Origin: an uncultured Anaerolineales bacterium
Lineage (GTDB): Bacteria > Chloroflexota > Anaerolineae > B4-G1 > SLSP01
Reading direction: 5' to 3'
Assembly: GCA_964516885.1 (NCBI GenBank)
Contig: CAZEXX010000002.1
Location: forward strand, 3,369 to 42,258
Length of the DNA stretch: 38,890 bases
This document shows, one piece after another, positions 7,714 to 16,493 of this stretch. Positions within the stretch are counted from its first letter, which is position 1, and every line of letters begins with the position of its first letter. The notes below the pieces were generated by a model that did not search any database, was not told the DNA's origin, and saw only the letters and a list, made by a program, of their open reading frames with translations. The position numbers were made by a program, and so were the translations under genes.

Positions 7714-10434
7714 ATGGGTCAGGTCACCGAGGGCCGCTCTTCCCCTGTTTCGCCACTACGCTTGTTGCGTACGAAGCTATTCGTGCCCCACGCTCACCCT
7801 GAGCTGGTGTCGCGCCCGCGGTTGCTGGACCGCCTCGATGGTTGCCTGCGGTGCCGGTTGATCTTGGTCTCCGCTGCCGCCGGCTTTGGGAAGACCACAC
7901 TGCTCAGTACCTGGATCGCCCAGCGCGACGTGGCCGCTGCCTGGGTCTCGCTCGATGATCACGATGATGACCCGGCGCGATTCTGGGCCTATGCGATTGC
8001 CGCGTTGCAGACGGTCTGGCCCGGTGTAGGCGCCGGGGCTGCCGAGATCCTTCAGGCCCCCCAGCCGCCGGCCATAGAGGGGGTGCTCACGGAACTATTG
8101 AATGACGTGGCGGGTCAAGAGGGACACGCGGTCCTCGTGTTGGATGACTACCACGTGATCCAGGAGACGGCAATCCATCAGGGCGTGGCTTTCCTGGTTG
8201 AGCACTCCCCGCCTCAACTGTTGCTTATCCTCGCCAGCCGCACGGATCCACCACTGCCGTTGCCGTTGCTGCGGGCGCGGCGTCAATTGCTTGAGATCAA
8301 AGCCGAGGACCTGAGGTTCACCCGTGCGGAGGCCGACACTTTCTTCAATATGGTGATGGGGCTGGCGCTGGCATCGGAAGATGTTGCCGCGTTGGAGATG
8401 CTGACGGAGGGCTGGGCTGCCGGTCTGCAGCTGGCGGCGCTCTCGATCCAGGAGGTTGCCGACGTTGGTGCATTGGTGGCCTCTTTCTCAGGAAGTCATC
8501 GCTATGTCTTCGATTATCTGGCGCAGGAGGTTATCGACCGACAGCGACCGGAACTGCGTTGCTTCTTGATGCAGACAGCGGTGCTCAACCGTTTGAACGG
8601 TGATCTCTGTGACGCGGTGACGGGGCTTGAGGATGGCCAGCGCGTGCTTGAACAGCTTGAGCAGGCCAACCTGTTCGTGGTCCCTCTCGATCGTGAACGG
8701 CGTTGGTACCGCTACCATCATCTCTTCTCTGATTTTCTGCGGTCGCTTCTGGAGCAATGCGAAACGCCCGAGGCGGTTGCGGCGCTGCATCTGCGCGCCT
8801 GCGACTGGCACGCGGCGCATGGCGACCTACCTGAGGCGATCCAGCACGCTCTGGATGCCAAGGGCTTCGATCGCGCCGCGGCGCTGATCACCGCAGCGGT
8901 GACGGATATGTTCCAGCGCAGCGAGCTGCTCACGCTGTTGCGGTGGCTGCGCACCCTCCCTGAAGATCTGATTGCGCAGAGTCTCTTCCTGAGCATTGCA
9001 GCTGCCTGGGCCAACCTGGCCACCGGTGATTCTGACGCGGTCGAGAGGCACCTGCAGAGGATTGAGCGCACGCTCGGCGTTTCACCTGATAGCGCGTCGG
9101 ATAACTCAGACCTTCCGCCCGAGGCACGGCGTGCGTTGGCCGAAATATGCTCGCTCCGAGGGTCTCTGTCGTTCAACCGGATGGACCTGGACGCTGTGCG
9201 CAGATACAGCCGGCTGGTGGGCGTCTATCTGGCCGATGATCCGGATCAACGCATATTTAACTCACGGCTGTCGCTTGAGTCGGTGGCGGCCTTTAACCTG
9301 GCGCTGGCCTATGAGTACAGCGGTGAGAGTGGCGAAGCTATGGCGGCATTCGAGGCCGCTATCGAGCTACTTCTGCAAGACCAGAACCATCACCTGATCC
9401 CGATGTCCGAAAGCCATTTGGCCCAGTTGCAGGTCAAGACCGGGCAACTCCGTGCCGCCGGTACCACCTACGATGCCGCGTGCCAATCCGTCGGTGACTG
9501 GCCCTCCCGTTCTCCGCTGAGCGGGCTGGCGTTTGTCGGGATGGGTCGGCTGCTCTATGAGTGGAATGAGCTTGATCGTGCGCACGAGCTCCTGCGACAG
9601 GGCTTGGAGCTAGGCAAGCAGTGGTCGCATTGGGAGATTCTGTTCCTCGGATATGCGAGCTTGATCGATGTCGCGCTGGCCGGCGGTGATGATGCCACGG
9701 CCCTCGCGATTCTGGATGAGTGGCAGACCGAGGCAAAGCGCATCGATATGCAGTTGGCGATGCCGGTCTTCTACGCGCACCGGGCATTGATAATGATGCG
9801 CACGGGCCGGCTCGGTGAGGCGCTTGAGTGGGCCTCCAGCTTTGGGATCCCTGGTGACGGCGGGATACCGTATGCGATGGAAGACCAAGCACTGATCCTT
9901 GCCCGCATTTGTATTGCCGGCGGGGATCTGGATCGGGCGGACGGGCTGCTGGCGCGTCTCAGGGCAGGCGCCGAGGGTGGGGGACGTCAAGGACGCCTGG
10001 TCCAGACCGGGGCCCTGGAATCCCTGCTGTTGGATAGCCAGGGGGACGGTCCTGGCGCCCTTGAGGCACTGACTCAGGCGCTCACACTGGCGCAGCCCGA
10101 GGGCTACGTGCGGACCTTTGTCGATCTCGGTGAGCCGATGCGGCGACTGCTGGAACGGGTGACGTCCATGCCTGAATACACCGCGCGCTTGCTGACGGCG
10201 GATGCCGCGCCCCAAAGGGGGCCTGTCCAGGATAGCCTGATCGAGCCGCTGTCGGATCGAGAACTGGACGTGCTGGCGTTGATGGCTGAGGGGTTGACCA
10301 ATCAGGAGATCGCGGACCGGCTCTTCATCTCCGTCAACACGGTGAAGACGCACGCCAAGAGCCTCTACGGTAAGCTGTCTGTGCGCAATCGCGCTGAGGC
10401 GACGTTGCGAGCCAGGGAGCTGAATCTGATATAG
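7714..10434 (+). CDS. MalT-like STAND ATPase / TPR / LuxR-HTH transcriptional activator
   Basis: LLRTKL..P, Walker A AAAGFGKTT, Walker B LVLDDYH, TEGWAAGLQL, WYRYHHLF, C-term LSDRELDVL...TVKTH...KL. Start could be 7708. Confidence 0.93.
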   Translation: MGQVTEGRSSPVSPLRLLRTKLFVPHAHPELVSRPRLLDRLDGCLRCRLILVSAAAGFGKTTLLSTWIAQRDVAAAWVSLDDHDDDPARFWAYAIAALQTVWPGVGAGAAEILQAPQPPAIEGVLTELLNDVAGQEGHAVLVLDDYHVIQETAIHQGVAFLVEHSPPQLLLILASRTDPPLPLPLLRARRQLLEIKAEDLRFTRAEADTFFNMVMGLALASEDVAALEMLTEGWAAGLQLAALSIQEVADVGALVASFSGSHRYVFDYLAQEVIDRQRPELRCFLMQTAVLNRLNGDLCDAVTGLEDGQRVLEQLEQANLFVVPLDRERRWYRYHHLFSDFLRSLLEQCETPEAVAALHLRACDWHAAHGDLPEAIQHALDAKGFDRAAALITAAVTDMFQRSELLTLLRWLRTLPEDLIAQSLFLSIAAAWANLATGDSDAVERHLQRIERTLGVSPDSASDNSDLPPEARRALAEICSLRGSLSFNRMDLDAVRRYSRLVGVYLADDPDQRIFNSRLSLESVAAFNLALAYEYSGESGEAMAAFEAAIELLLQDQNHHLIPMSESHLAQLQVKTGQLRAAGTTYDAACQSVGDWPSRSPLSGLAFVGMGRLLYEWNELDRAHELLRQGLELGKQWSHWEILFLGYASLIDVALAGGDDATALAILDEWQTEAKRIDMQLAMPVFYAHRALIMMRTGRLGEALEWASSFGIPGDGGIPYAMEDQALILARICIAGGDLDRADGLLARLRAGAEGGGRQGRLVQTGALESLLLDSQGDGPGALEALTQALTLAQPEGYVRTFVDLGEPMRRLLERVTSMPEYTARLLTADAAPQRGPVQDSLIEPLSDRELDVLALMAEGLTNQEIADRLFISVNTVKTHAKSLYGKLSVRNRAEATLRARELNLI

Positions 10435-10468
10435 GTGGTTTACGCGCAGTCGGCGCGGAAACCACCAC
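10434..10468 (+). terminator. Hairpin directly after the regulator stop
   Basis: GGTGGTTT.CGCGC-loop-GCGCG.AAACCACC. Confidence 0.55.
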
Positions 10469-10613
10469 TGCGTCATGTCCTTCCCGGTGCCGGAGTCGAT
10501 GATCGGCTACCAGCAGGTCACGCCCAATCCACAACGGCTCGTCAAGGAGCAGGTCAACGATGGCCACCTCGTACTGACCCACCGCCAAACCACCAGATGG
10601 GGAGGATACCGGG

Positions 10614-10746
10614 ATGAGGCTTGCGGGGATCACAGAGGCCGTCCTGGGCTGCGCCTTTGAGGTGATCAACGAGCTGGGTGCCGGATTCCTGGAATCCGTC
10701 TATGAGAGGACGCTTCACCAGAAGGAAGAAACTGGAAGATGGATAG
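10614..10746 (+). pseudogene. Internally deleted GxxExxY protein (PD-(D/E)xK nuclease-like) gene
   Basis: GGAGG RBS; ITEAVLGCAFEVINELGAGFLESVYE is the family N-terminus including the GxxExxY motif; similarity ends near 10710; RFTRRKKLEDG* in another frame (10711-10746) may be the original C-terminus. Confidence 0.8.
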
Positions 10747-10756
10747 GCAGACATTT

Positions 10757-11027
10757 CACATGGATGGAGAGGATGTACAGGAACTTTGTACTGCCCTGAC
10801 TCTGCCCGTCCGGAATGCCTCCATAGGAATCCCTTTCGCCTATCTCTCCTGAATGTCCATCTGGAGATCCCCCTGTCCCGTCCATTCATGTTTGTCTCTT
10901 CTCTCACGCTGGACGAGAAGGGCCGCTTGCCGCAGGTGGCAGAGGGGCTGAAGGGCCATATCCACATGGATGGCGAGGATGTCTAGGATCGGAAAAGAGC
11001 ATCCTGTGTATCCTGTCCATCCATGTT
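10757..11027. repeat. Two pairs of REP-like inverted repeats (ACATGGATGGNNAGGATNNNNAGGA)
   Basis: Forward copies at 10757-10782 and 10963-10989; reverse copies at about 10867-10892 (degenerate) and 11001-11026. Confidence 0.8.
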
Positions 11028-11200
11028 GAGTTCCCTGGTCGAGCGTGGTCTCGCCCTGATTGTGCCGAAGTAGAAGATCAGCGTCTGCATTGGGCTTCGC
11101 GTCAGGCGATCCTGGCTAGGATGACCGCCACGTGTAGGGGCATGGAATCCGGCCTGCCACCAGATGCGGTAGCCCTGCGGCTATCCTCGTGATATCGCTT

Positions 11201-11302
11201 CTCACCCGCGTCACACGACCGGGTGAGGGGGAGCCCCAGCAGCAATCACCTGGTCGAATCCCCCATACGGGTGGTGACGTTGGGTCGTTCGTGGGCTATA
11301 CT
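11201..11302 (+). promoter_or_regulatory. Promoter of the ABC operon with candidate activator boxes
   Basis: IR CTCACCCG/CGGGTGAG (11201-27); AATCACC (11244), AATCCCC (11257), GGGTGGTGAC (11269); -10 TATACT at 11297-302; weak -35 GTGACG. Confidence 0.5.
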
Positions 11303-11336
11303 GTGATCGAATACAGTTAGAGGAGGCGAGGACGGT

Positions 11337-12254
11337 ATGCAGAGCAAAGCGATTCAGGTGACCGGGTTTACGAAGGCCTACGGTGATTTCGTCGCCGTGG
11401 ATGGGATCAGCTTCAGTGTCGAGCAGGGCGAGGTGTTCGGCCTACTTGGGCCGAACGGTGCCGGCAAGACCAGCACACTGGAGTGTCTTGAGGGCATCCG
11501 GCGGCCGACCAAGGGTGCATTGGATGTGATGGGGGTGGATCCCAGCCGGAATGGGCGAAAGCTCCATAATCTTATCGGTGTTCAGCTGCAGACCTCAGGG
11601 TTGCCGGCGACGATGCAGGTGGATGAAGCGATGCGCTTCTTCTCTGCCTACCACGGTGTGACCCCGCGCTATGACCTGGTCGACCGGCTTGGCTTGTCGG
11701 AGAAGCGTGACAGCCAGTACGCGGAGCTCTCGACCGGCCAGCAGCGCCGCCTTGCTTTGGCGCTTGCGGTCGCTCATCGCCCGGCTGTGCTCTTCCTGGA
11801 CGAGCCGACGGCCGGTCTGGACGTTGGGTCCCGCAGCGAGCTGCACGTGTTGATCCGTGAGCTTCAGTCAGAGGGCACCACGATCATATTGGCCACTCAC
11901 GATATGGCTGAGGCTGAGAAGATGGCCGACCGCGTCGCTATCTTGCTGCAGGGTAAGGTGGTTGTGACGGGCACCCCGCGGGAACTGACGGCGACCGGTG
12001 CGGGTTTCACAAAGATCTCCGTACGGACCGAGAAGTCGTTGCTCTGTGAGAACGGCATCGCGTTCCCCGCAGTGCACCGGCGGCTGGTGAAGGACGAGTA
12101 CACCGTCTACTTCAGCAAAGATCCCGGCCCGACAGTGAGTGGGGTCCTAGCCTATCTGACCGAGAAGCAGGAGACGCTAGTTGATCTGCGCGTTGAGCGC
12201 CCATCGCTCGAGGAGCGTTTCCTTGAGATTACACAGACCGGAGGGACGGCATGA
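11337..12254 (+). CDS. ABC-2 type exporter ATP-binding protein (DrrA-like)
   Basis: GPNGAGKT, LSTGQ, FLDEPTAGLD, THDM; AGGAGG RBS. Confidence 0.95.
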   Translation: MQSKAIQVTGFTKAYGDFVAVDGISFSVEQGEVFGLLGPNGAGKTSTLECLEGIRRPTKGALDVMGVDPSRNGRKLHNLIGVQLQTSGLPATMQVDEAMRFFSAYHGVTPRYDLVDRLGLSEKRDSQYAELSTGQQRRLALALAVAHRPAVLFLDEPTAGLDVGSRSELHVLIRELQSEGTTIILATHDMAEAEKMADRVAILLQGKVVVTGTPRELTATGAGFTKISVRTEKSLLCENGIAFPAVHRRLVKDEYTVYFSKDPGPTVSGVLAYLTEKQETLVDLRVERPSLEERFLEITQTGGTA

Positions 12255-13063
12255 CGGCCTTGGTGAACCACTTCGCGTTTGAGTTCAGGACGGGGCTGCG
12301 TAATGCAACCCTATTGATGATGAACTACCTCTTCCCATTGGGCTTCTATGTGATGATGGGTCTGGTGATGACGCAGATCAATCCTATGTTCGCAGAGACG
12401 ATGATACCGGCGATGGTCGTCTTCTCCGCGATGGCGAGCACCCTGTTAGGGATGCCGACGCCGCTCGTGGAGTCACGGGAGGCAGGCATTTTCCGAAGTT
12501 ACAGGATCAACGGCGTCCCCGCGGCCAACATACTGTTGATGCCGGTGCTCACGACGGTGTTCCACGTTCTGATTGTTTCGGCGATCATCGCGCTGACGGG
12601 TGTCCCACTCTTTGACGGCATTGCGCCGGAGAACTGGTCGGCTTTCGCGGGGGTGACGTTGGTTGCAGTGCTCTCCTGTGCCGGTATCGGGTCTCTGATC
12701 GGTGTGGTTGCACAAGACTCGCGCGCGGTGGTTCTCTTCTCTCAGCTGATCTTCCTACCCGCGATGTTGATCGGTGGGGTCATGATGCCGCTGGATGTGC
12801 TGCCTGAGTCGGTGCGTCCCTTCTCTCTGCTGCTGCCCACCTCGCACGCGATGCAGGCGTACTTGGGCTATGCCTACGGTCAGGAGACCCTGCTTTCGCC
12901 GCTTGGCGCGGTGTTAGTTCTAACGGGCAGCGGAGTGCTGGCTTTTGGCCTGGCGATCTACCTCTTCAACTGGGACAGCAAGAACGATGCTCAGCGCGGG
13001 CATCCTCTGATGGCACTGCTGGCGCTGGTGCCCTATGTCATCGCGATGATCACCCAGATCTAG
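12251..13063 (+). CDS. ABC-2 type exporter permease
   Basis: 6-7 TM segments, ESREAGIFRSY, LLPTSH; ATGA overlap with the ATPase gene. Confidence 0.92.
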   Translation: MTALVNHFAFEFRTGLRNATLLMMNYLFPLGFYVMMGLVMTQINPMFAETMIPAMVVFSAMASTLLGMPTPLVESREAGIFRSYRINGVPAANILLMPVLTTVFHVLIVSAIIALTGVPLFDGIAPENWSAFAGVTLVAVLSCAGIGSLIGVVAQDSRAVVLFSQLIFLPAMLIGGVMMPLDVLPESVRPFSLLLPTSHAMQAYLGYAYGQETLLSPLGAVLVLTGSGVLAFGLAIYLFNWDSKNDAQRGHPLMALLALVPYVIAMITQI

Positions 13064-13073
13064 CCGGTGACGG

Positions 13074-13108
13074 ACGGGTGGGCGGTCAGAGGATCGCCTA
13101 CCCGTTTT
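13074..13108 (+). terminator. Intrinsic terminator after the permease
   Basis: ACGGGTGGGCGGTC-agag-GATCGCCTACCCGT followed by TTT. Confidence 0.7.
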
Positions 13109-13128
13109 GGGCATAGGGTCTTTCATTT

Positions 13129-13680
13129 ATGAGCGCTCAACCCATACATTCCCACTCGTCCGCACGCCCAGAGGAAGCGTTACTCTGCACGCTGGACGCC
13201 GGGATGCGCGTCAAGCTCACACTGGTCTTGATCCCCGACCGCGTGAACGGTTCGTTGCCGGCGGGAGCGAGTGAGATATCCTTGATTGAGAGCTGGGCCG
13301 GTAGCCAGGTCTTTCCGGTGAAGCGGCTGTCCCTGACCCGCGCGGATGCTCAGCCCGAGGCTTTCCTGAATCGGTTGCAGTGTGCGCTTGATGGCATCAT
13401 CCAGCTGGAGGTGCCGCAAGGATTGTCAATCGAGGATCGCGTCACCGACCTTGTCAACGCGATCCTGGACGTGCCCTCGGACTTCGCTCTGATGATCTTC
13501 GGCCATGGCGTCGTCGAAGCGCATTCTGTTCATCCTCTTGTGTGCCGGATCCTCGACTATCAGCCCCCCCAGATGCACCTCTATATGATCACCCCGACGG
13601 TCCCGCCCTTGGCCAATCTGCCGCGTCTGAGGGTGCGGCGACAGGTGTTGCAGGTGACCTGGCCCGAAGGGATCACCTGA
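13129..13680 (+). CDS. Stand-alone degenerate MalT-like STAND nucleotide-binding domain (pseudo-NTPase)
   Basis: Aligns by eye with the N-terminal domain of 7714..10434 (e.g. PPQMHLYMITPTVPPLANLPRLRVRRQVLQV vs PPQLLLILASRTDPPL-PLPLLRARRQLLEI); Walker A and B absent. Confidence 0.75.
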   Translation: MSAQPIHSHSSARPEEALLCTLDAGMRVKLTLVLIPDRVNGSLPAGASEISLIESWAGSQVFPVKRLSLTRADAQPEAFLNRLQCALDGIIQLEVPQGLSIEDRVTDLVNAILDVPSDFALMIFGHGVVEAHSVHPLVCRILDYQPPQMHLYMITPTVPPLANLPRLRVRRQVLQVTWPEGIT

Positions 13681-13803
13681 AACCTGATGTCTCTGACGCA
13701 TGTCGGAAATAACGTGTCCAGTTCTCTGTAGTCCGTGTGCCCCGCGATCCAGCGTTGACAGGCGTCGTTACCGCACGCCAGGCGTGTCTGTCAAAGTGTG
13801 ATT

Positions 13804-13831
13804 TTGAAATCATAGAGGAACTTCCTATACT
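13804..13831 (+). promoter_or_regulatory. sigma70-type promoter
   Basis: TTGAAA-16 nt-TATACT. Confidence 0.65.
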
Positions 13832-13870
13832 GGAGTCTGAGCCAAGACCAACAAGCTAAAGGGGACATAG

Positions 13871-14554
13871 TTGGGACGGTTGCTAAGCCTGCGTCGCGCT
13901 TACAGGTCGCTCTATGGCTGGGCCACGGAAAGACTCTATCACGAGCTCGCCTGGGGCTATGAGATCGTGGCTTGGGTGGTCAGTCTGGGCCGGTGGGATG
14001 CCTGGCGCCGCCAAGCTCTTGACCACGTGATCGGCCGGCGGGTGTTGGAGATCGGGTTTGGCACCGGGGTGTTGCTGGAGACGGCTGTTGATCGGGGTAT
14101 GCTCATATTTGGAGCAGATCCATCGCCGGAAATGCATCGTGCTGCCACGAGACGGATGCGCCGCAGTGGCCGGGGAGCACCACGTGTTCGTGCCACGGCG
14201 CAGTTGCTGCCTTTCGCAGATGGGTCCTTCGACACTGCTATCTCGACATTTCCGTCCGGCTACATCTTCGACCCGGATTCCCTCAGCGAGGTCACGCGAG
14301 TGCTCTCCCGTTCTGTGGATGGCGGTGGCTCAGGGCGTCTGGTGATCACTGGGCTGGGCTTCCGGTCTGACCGGCCGTGGCTTCTGCGGCTTCTGCGCAC
14401 TCTTTTCGCTGGATCGGACATAGATAGCGTGGAATGGTATGTCGCTCACGTGGCCGGATTGGGATTCCAGGTGACTGTGGTGGATGACGTTGCCCTGCCG
14501 GTACGGGTGCCGGTGTTGATCTTGCAGCGGCCGGTGCGTTTGGAGGAGGTGTAG
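13871..14554 (+). CDS. Class I SAM-dependent methyltransferase (UbiE-like fold)
   Basis: VLEIGFGTG, GADPSPEM, LPFADGSFD. Confidence 0.85.
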   Translation: MGRLLSLRRAYRSLYGWATERLYHELAWGYEIVAWVVSLGRWDAWRRQALDHVIGRRVLEIGFGTGVLLETAVDRGMLIFGADPSPEMHRAATRRMRRSGRGAPRVRATAQLLPFADGSFDTAISTFPSGYIFDPDSLSEVTRVLSRSVDGGGSGRLVITGLGFRSDRPWLLRLLRTLFAGSDIDSVEWYVAHVAGLGFQVTVVDDVALPVRVPVLILQRPVRLEEV

Positions 14555-14561
14555 CGACATC

Positions 14562-15422
14562 ATGAGCGGTCAAACCCTGAGGCTTCGCGGACGGGTCACC
14601 ATCGGGGGACACATCCAGGCGCGGCGCCCCGGCTGTCGCCGGCTCTCGATTCCCGAGGGACCGGGGGATAGCTACAGGGTCGCGCAACTGGACGACACCA
14701 CGGCTCTGCCCAGGTCTCGTTTCCCGTGGACGCCGCCTGTTGAGTTGCGTGTGACGGCGCGCGTTTCGGCGCCCAACCTCCCGGGAACGTGGGGGTTCGG
14801 TTGGTGGAACGATCCCTTCAGCCTGCAGCTGGGGCTGGGCGGCGCGACGCGGCGGTTGCCGGCCTTGCCCAATGCTGCCTGGGTCTTCTATGCCGCGCCT
14901 CCGAATTACCTGGCATTGCGTGATGATCACCCTGCGCAGGGACTGCTGGCTGCAACGTTTTCCTCTCCGCAGCTTCCGGCTGCCCTCTTGGCACTGGGGT
15001 TGCCGGTTGCATCGCTCTTGATGTCGCCCTGTACCGCGCGTGCAGTTCGGCGTGTGGCGCGCGGGTTTGTGCGTGAGGACGCGGCGGTCCTGCCGCTGGA
15101 TCCCGCGCAGTGGCACACGTATGTCCTGACGTGGACAGAGGATGTGGTTCGCGTGACTGTGGATGGTGTTGTCGCGTTCTCCACGCCGGTGGTGCCGACC
15201 GGTCAGCTCGGCCTGGTGTTGTGGATCGACAACCAATACGCTGCTTTCCCGCCGGACGGCCGCCTGCGCATGGGCTCAAGCGCTAGCCCCGACGCGTGGC
15301 TGGACGTCGCGGATTTGAGTCTGTCGAGGCTGACTGTCGATCCTGATGCCATCCGTGTGAGGGCCGATCGGTCTGAGCTCACGCCGGCGGGTTCACAGGC
15401 TCTTTCGAAACAGAGGAGGTGA
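14562..15422 (+). CDS. Hypothetical protein, probable concanavalin A-like beta-sandwich with a hydrophobic insert
   Basis: GTWGFGWWN, WHTYVLTW...VDG, LGLVLWIDNQ; GGAGG RBS; fills the operon gap. Confidence 0.65.
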   Translation: MSGQTLRLRGRVTIGGHIQARRPGCRRLSIPEGPGDSYRVAQLDDTTALPRSRFPWTPPVELRVTARVSAPNLPGTWGFGWWNDPFSLQLGLGGATRRLPALPNAAWVFYAAPPNYLALRDDHPAQGLLAATFSSPQLPAALLALGLPVASLLMSPCTARAVRRVARGFVREDAAVLPLDPAQWHTYVLTWTEDVVRVTVDGVVAFSTPVVPTGQLGLVLWIDNQYAAFPPDGRLRMGSSASPDAWLDVADLSLSRLTVDPDAIRVRADRSELTPAGSQALSKQRR

Positions 15423-15424
15423 AG

Positions 15425-16468
15425 ATGCCGACCGCGACTGCCGCAGCTCATCCGAACTTGGCCTTTGTGAAGTATTGGGGCCGGCGCGACGCCGCACTCA
15501 ACATCCCGGAGAACGGCTCGATCTCCGTCAACCTGAGCGGCGCGACGACCACAACGACGGTCACCTTCGATGGGGCGCAGGGACAAGATGACGTCACACT
15601 CAATGATGTCGTGGCCAATACCCCGACTCTGACACGTGTCAGCGCGCACCTAGATCGTGTTCGTGCACTGGCTGGCATCACGACCCGGGCGCGTGTCGTC
15701 TCTCACAACGACTTCCCCGCGGATGTCGGGTTCGCGTCCTCCGCGTCGGCCTTCGCGGCGCTATCATTGGCGGCGACGCGAGCTGCCGGTCTCGATCTTG
15801 ACCTGTATGATCTCTCGATCCTGGCGCGCAAGGGATCGGGGTCGGCGTGTCGCTCCATACCGGATGGCTTCGTCGAGTGGCTTCCCGGTTGGGATGATGC
15901 GAGTTCCTACGCGCGGTGCCTCGCGCCGTGCAACCATTGGGATCTCCGCGTGGTGACCGTTGTGCTGCCCGGTAGGCCCAAACTGATCTCGTCCTTGGCC
16001 GGACACCGGGCGGCGCCGACCAGCCCCTTCTATCGCGCGCGGCTCAAGGAGATGCCGCACACGCTGGACCTTGTGCGTCAGGCGCTGCTGGCGCGCGACT
16101 TCGCGAGCTTTGGGTTGGCGGTCGAGCGGGAGGCGTGGTCGCTGCATGCCGTGGCGATGACGTCTCACAGTGAGGGTGCCCCATGGCTGAGCGGTATCTT
16201 CTACATGGAACCCGCGACGGTGCGGCTGATCCGTGCTGTGCAGCTGTGGCGTCGGGACGGGCTGCCCGTAGCGTTCACGCTCGATGCAGGGCCCAGCGTC
16301 CATCTGCTGTGTGAGGGATCATCCCTTGGGGCGGTGCTTGCAGCGGTGCCGTCCGCGGTGGCCGGGACTGCACCTCAAGTGATCGTCAGCCGTCCGGGGC
16401 GGGGTGCGTGGCTGGTCAACGAAAACGACGGAGCCGAAGCCCCGTCGTTTTCGTCGACTACGCTGTAG
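15425..16468 (+). CDS. mvaD: Mevalonate (di)phosphate decarboxylase, GHMP family
   Basis: NLAFVKYWG, GFASSASAFAAL, GSGSACRS, FTLDAGP; ATG 15425 after GGAGG. Confidence 0.88.
   Translation: MPTATAAAHPNLAFVKYWGRRDAALNIPENGSISVNLSGATTTTTVTFDGAQGQDDVTLNDVVANTPTLTRVSAHLDRVRALAGITTRARVVSHNDFPADVGFASSASAFAALSLAATRAAGLDLDLYDLSILARKGSGSACRSIPDGFVEWLPGWDDASSYARCLAPCNHWDLRVVTVVLPGRPKLISSLAGHRAAPTSPFYRARLKEMPHTLDLVRQALLARDFASFGLAVEREAWSLHAVAMTSHSEGAPWLSGIFYMEPATVRLIRAVQLWRRDGLPVAFTLDAGPSVHLLCEGSSLGAVLAAVPSAVAGTAPQVIVSRPGRGAWLVNENDGAEAPSFSSTTL
16419..16454 (-). terminator. Bidirectional terminator (glgC/mvaD) inside the mvaD 3' end
   Basis: 13-bp stem ACGAAAACGACGG/CCGTCGTTTTCGT; cUUCGg loop on the minus strand. 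Confidence 0.75.
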
Positions 16469-16493
16469 ACGTGCTGCCCTCTCGGGGCACTAA

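Noticed and set aside
9610-10476. 288-aa minus-strand ORF
   Set aside because: Antisense shadow of the MalT-like gene, typical of high-GC DNA
10469-10600. Coding-like fragment (MSFPVPESMIGYQQVTPNPQRLVKEQ...)
   Set aside because: May be a gene remnant, but I cannot assign a family and there is no RBS
14346-15236. 296-aa minus-strand ORF
   Set aside because: Arg/Pro-rich shadow opposite an operonic plus-strand gene
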